Assembly: GCF_964355755.1 (NCBI RefSeq)
Contig: NC_092672.1
Span: forward strand, 20,287,237 to 20,351,236
Source: Antedon mediterranea
Taxonomy: Eukaryota; Animalia; Echinodermata
Reading direction: 5' to 3'
DNA length: 64,000 bases
Part shown: positions 59,529 through 64,000 of the stretch, piece by piece
How positions within the stretch are numbered: the first letter of the stretch is position 1
Layout of the letters: each line of letters starts with the position of its first letter
The notes under the pieces: model-generated
Databases searched by the model: none
Told to the model about the DNA's origin: nothing
The model's input: only the letters and a program-made list of their open reading frames with translations
Made by a program: the position numbers and the translations under genes

Positions 59529-62266
59529 TCTATGTTATTAGTTATCCGCTTAGTAGCGGATAACTCCTTGTAATCGTCCTGTTACTTTTTTTTTTTCTTA
59601 TTTCTTTCTCCCCCATTTTTGTGTCTCACGTATCTCAAAAACTTGTAAACATAACATTTCATAACTTTGTCAACATATGGGCATATACGTGAAGTTGTGC
59701 ACCTCCTATTTTTGAATGACGTCAGAGTTGCGCAACGTGACTTACGCGCGATTTTATGATTTTTTATGATTGACCATAGATTAAAAACCAAGCGTAATTT
59801 TGTTTTGACACTTTGTGAAAATTTAAGTCATATCAAGTGCAAATATTCTATGGATTAAAAATGGCATTTTTTACAAGAAGTTACGCGCGCACGCGCATTT
59901 AAAATTTCAAAATGCGCAAAATTAATTTCTAATCAACTTTCTACGCTGATCATGACATTTTGAGCATGTCAAAAATTCCCACGCGCGCGAAAAAATTTAC
60001 GCGTAAGGGGCGCACGGAGTATGAAAACCATGTTTTTTTTCTTGAATTTTGAGTGTCCAGCCTTTCGTAGTCATTTTAAACAAGATTGACATCATTTCAA
60101 GTTAAAATGACGTCATACGTACACGTTGATTTAGACCATTTGAATGCGTTTTAGTTGCAAAAGTGACAAAATATTGTCAAAATTATGCCTATTTTGAATC
60201 TATTATAGCTCGTCAGGATCAAAGGTGACCCCAATTTGTTTAAACTTATTATGCAAGAAGATAAATTGTAGATATAAATTCATGCAGAATTTTTACCTCT
60301 CGGAAGTTATGACGTCATCGTATGGCCACACGAATGTAAAATATAGGATTTTTGTCTCTTTCGTTATTGCTCATCACTTTCAATAGAGCGCATCTCGGTT
60401 ATCCGTATTCCATTTCCTCCGATATTTAATATTATCTAGGTCAATCAATTATCTTTCCATGAGTAAAAAATATTTTATTTTTTATGACGTCATTATGTCT
60501 AAAAATGTAAAGCATATTATCACGTATTTTCATCTTTACAGTAAGTTTCAATCTGTTATAGCTCGTCAGAATAATAAGTGATAATCATGATTAAAACGTT
60601 TTCTGGAAGCTATTGGACTGTATATACGAATTCATATAAACAGTTTGCCAATCAGGTGTTGTGACGTCATCATATGGCCAGTTGAATAAAAAAAGACGTA
60701 TTTTCATATTTTGCGTAATAGTTCATCACATTTAAAAGGGTGCGCATCTATATTTTACGTATTCAAATTTCTTCTACACGTTAATATGTTGTTCCTGAGA
60801 TTATTTCCTTCTGAAATTGTTATCTAAGTGTTTCATTTTGATACCGTCGCCATGTTAAAAATTGGAATAAATGGCGGGTCTCGTAATTTCACCTATTCTA
60901 CACTGTATGTAATATGTATACAGATTATACTGTTTGCATGTACCGTATATACTATATGACACAAAATTGACAGAATTCAGCACTAACAGCATATCATATT
61001 CTTCAGTTCTTGTCGTAATTCCATAATCTTTATCTGGGTGCAATATTCCAACTTATGACGTGCACGTGGCGTTTGTCGTGGTGCGGATAACTAACTCGTC
61101 AATGTGACGAGTTTCATGTCTAGTTTTTCTTTCTTTCCCAAAATTTTGTGTCACGTGTATCTCAAATTCTGATCAACATTACATCGTATAACTTTGTCAG
61201 AAGATTTACCTCTATGTGTAGAAGTGCAGGACAGCTCGTTTTTTTACTTTAGAGTCGCGCAGCGTAAGCTACGCGCGATTTTATGAATTTCGCGTATTTA
61301 ACATAGACTAAAAAGCAAAAGTCATTTTGTAATGACACTTGGTGAACATTTAAGTCATATCAAGGGCAAACTTTCTATGGATTAAAAATGGCATGTTTGA
61401 CATAAAGTTACGCGCGCACGCGCGTTTAAAATTTCAAATTGCGAAAAATTCATTTCTAATCAACTTTCTACGCGTTTCAGGTCATTTTGAGCATTTCAAA
61501 AATTCCCACGCGTGCGCATATTTTTTACGCGCGCGTGCGCACGTAGCGCAAAAACATCTTTTTTTTGCTTGATTTTTGTTTTTTCAGCCTTTTCTAGTAC
61601 ATTTACCAATTTTCAATCAATTTCGACTTAAAATCACGTCATACAAGCACGTAGAATTTAACAATTTGTGCGCGTTTTTGATGAAAAAGTTCAAAAATTT
61701 GTGAAAATTATGCCTTTTTTTAAAAAGTCATAGATTCTAAACTCCGAGATGAAAATATTTAAAATTTCAGATTCTGGAAGTAGATGAGTTGTTTTTCTCG
61801 AATCATGCATTGATATGGCTAACCAGACATTGTGACGTCATCGTATGGCCACCCGAATATAAAATATAGGATTTTTTTCTCTTTCGTCATAGCTCGTTAA
61901 TTTAATAGAGCGCATCTCTACTTATCCTTATTCCATTTCACTCAATTTTTTTATATTGTCTAGATCAATCAATTACCTTTCGCATGATCCACCATTTTAA
62001 AAATTGTGATGACGTCATCATGTTCAAATGCGTCAATAACTTTGGTCACTTATTTTCACCTATTCTGCACTGTATGTAGTACGTATACACTATATAGTGT
62101 TATACCGTATATACTTAGACGCGACGCAACATAGAGAGCGCACTAACATTTTTCAATGCCATAATCGTTTTATTTTTTTGCGTGCACTATTCTAACGTAT
62201 GACGTGCACGTGGCTTTTGCACTGCGGATAACCTAACTCGTCCGTAGTGACGAGTTCAAATCTAGT
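59529..62266 (+). mobile_element. Headless A-type HINE body (59529-59538 plus 61125-62266) split by a C element
   Basis: CTATGTTAT^T insertion site; A tail at 62266. Confidence 0.83.
59539..61124 (+). mobile_element. C-type HINE
   Basis: C head; tail GCGGATAACTAACTCGTCAATGTGACGAGTTTCATGTCTAGT. Confidence 0.88.
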
Positions 62267-62309
62267 TGGTTATCCGCTCTTGGCGGATAACCTCTTGTTA
62301 TTGTCAGGA

Positions 62310-62346
<37 letters not shown>

Positions 62347-64000
62347 CTATGTTATTAGTTATCCGCTTAGTAGCGGATAACTCCTTGTAATCGTCCTGTT
62401 TCATCAAATTTTTTTTCTGTATTATACTTCTTTCTTTCTGTCATTTTTGTGCGTCGCGTTTCTCTAAAACGTGTAGACAGAACATATCGTAACTTTGTCA
62501 ACATATCGACATTTATGTGAACTTGTGCACCTCCTATTTTTGAATGACGTCAGAGTTGCGCAACGTGACTTACGTGCGATTTTATGAATTTCAATGATTG
62601 ATCATAGACTAAAAACCAAACATAATTTTGTTTTGAAACTTTGTGAAAATTTAAGTCATATCAAGCGTAAACTTTCTATGGATTAAAAATAGCATGTTTC
62701 ACAAAAAGTTACGCGCGCACGCGCGTTTAAAATTTTAACGTGCGAAATATAAACTTCTAATCAACTTTCTATGCGTTTCATGTCATTTTGAGCATGTCAA
62801 AAATTCCCACGCGCGCGAACAATTTTACGCACGCGGTGCACACGTAGCGTTAAAAACATATTTTTTTCGCGTGATTTATGTTTTTTCAGCCTTTTCTAGT
62901 AATGTTACCAAATTTTAAACAATTTCGACTTAAAATTACGTCATACGAGCACGTCGAATTAGATAATTTGCACGCGTATTTGGTGAAAAAGTTCAAAAAT
63001 TCGTCAAAATTATGCCTATTTTTAAACAGTCATAGATTCTAAACTACATGGAGAACTTTTTTTTAATTACATATTCTGGAAGTTGATGAGTTGTAGATAT
63101 CGGATCATGCGTTAATATGGCTAACCGGACATTGTGACGTCATCGTATGGCCACGCGAATATAAAATATAGGGTTTTTGTCTCTTTGGTCATAGCTCATC
63201 ACATTTAATAGAGCGCATCTCCACTTATTCGTTGTCCATTTTCATTCCGATTTTAATATATTCTAGATCTATCAACTATCTTTTGCATGAATTAAAATTT
63301 TTTTAATTTTTTTAACGTCATTATGCCTAAAAAATTAAATTACGTTGGTCATTAATTTCATCTTTACAGTAAATTTTAATCTGTTATGCCTCGTAAGAAT
63401 AAAATGTGATAATCACAATTAAAACGTTTTCAGGAAGCTATTGTATTGTAGATACAAAATCATGTGTAAATTGTGCCAATTGAATGTTGTGACGTCATCA
63501 TATGGCCAGTTAAATAAAAAAGTCGTATTTTCATCTTTTGCATTATATTTCATTACATTTAAAAGAGCGCGCATCAATATTTCACGTATTCAAATTTCTT
63601 CTACACATTAATACGTTGTTGCTGAGATAATTTCATTCAGAAATTTCTACTTTTACATTTCATTTTGAAACCGTCAAGATGTTAAAAATTACAATAAAAT
63701 ACGGGTCCCGTAATTTCACCTATTTTACACTGTTTGTGATATGTATACAGATTGTACTGTGTATACTATATGACACAAAATAACAGAATTCAGAAATAAC
63801 AACATATCATATTCTTCAGTTCAGGTCATAATGCCTTAATATTTTTCTGTGTGCAATATTCTAACGTATGACGTGCACGTGGCGTTTGTCGAGCGGATAA
63901 CTAACTCGTCAAAGTGACGAGTTTCATGTCTAGTTCTTCTTTCTTTCCCAAAATTTTGTGTCACGTGTATCTCAAATTCTGATCAACATTACATCGTATA
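62267..64000 (+). mobile_element. A-type HINE (head 62267-62355; body from 63935, running off the window)
   Basis: Head loop TCTTG, long poly-T, CTATGTTAT^T split. Confidence 0.83.
62356..63934 (+). mobile_element. Complete C-type HINE
   Basis: C head and C tail, no TSD. Confidence 0.9.

Overview
AT-rich eukaryotic DNA, probably from an invertebrate animal; the host cannot be identified from the sequence. No host gene is visible. Almost the whole 64 kb is one same-orientation, Russian-doll nest of Helentron/Helitron2 (HLE2) rolling-circle transposons. It holds two large autonomous-type elements and about 20 non-autonomous HINE-like copies of 1.1-1.9 kb. One large element has an intact 3021-aa ORF; the other has the same ORF broken by a single in-frame TGA. 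The protein order is N-terminal hydrophobic helix, PHD, herpes-tegument-like C76 protease, OTU, 15-aa repeats, Zn finger, HUH Rep, PIF1 helicase, AP-type endonuclease. Each element has a head hairpin (GTTATCCGC-loop-GCGGATAAC) and a tail (GCGGATAAC, an ACTCGTC..GACGAGT hairpin, TCTAGT). Heads and tails can be bracket-matched. New copies sit at T^T sites without target-site duplication, almost only in a T-rich zone about 10-100 bp behind another copy's head hairpin or directly after a tail. A hAT-like MITE, a tandem micro-exon array and several local duplications lie inside the large elements. Strand for HINEs follows the head-to-CTAG-tail convention (+); the RepHel ORFs run on the opposite strand. 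Ends in T runs are ambiguous by a few bases.
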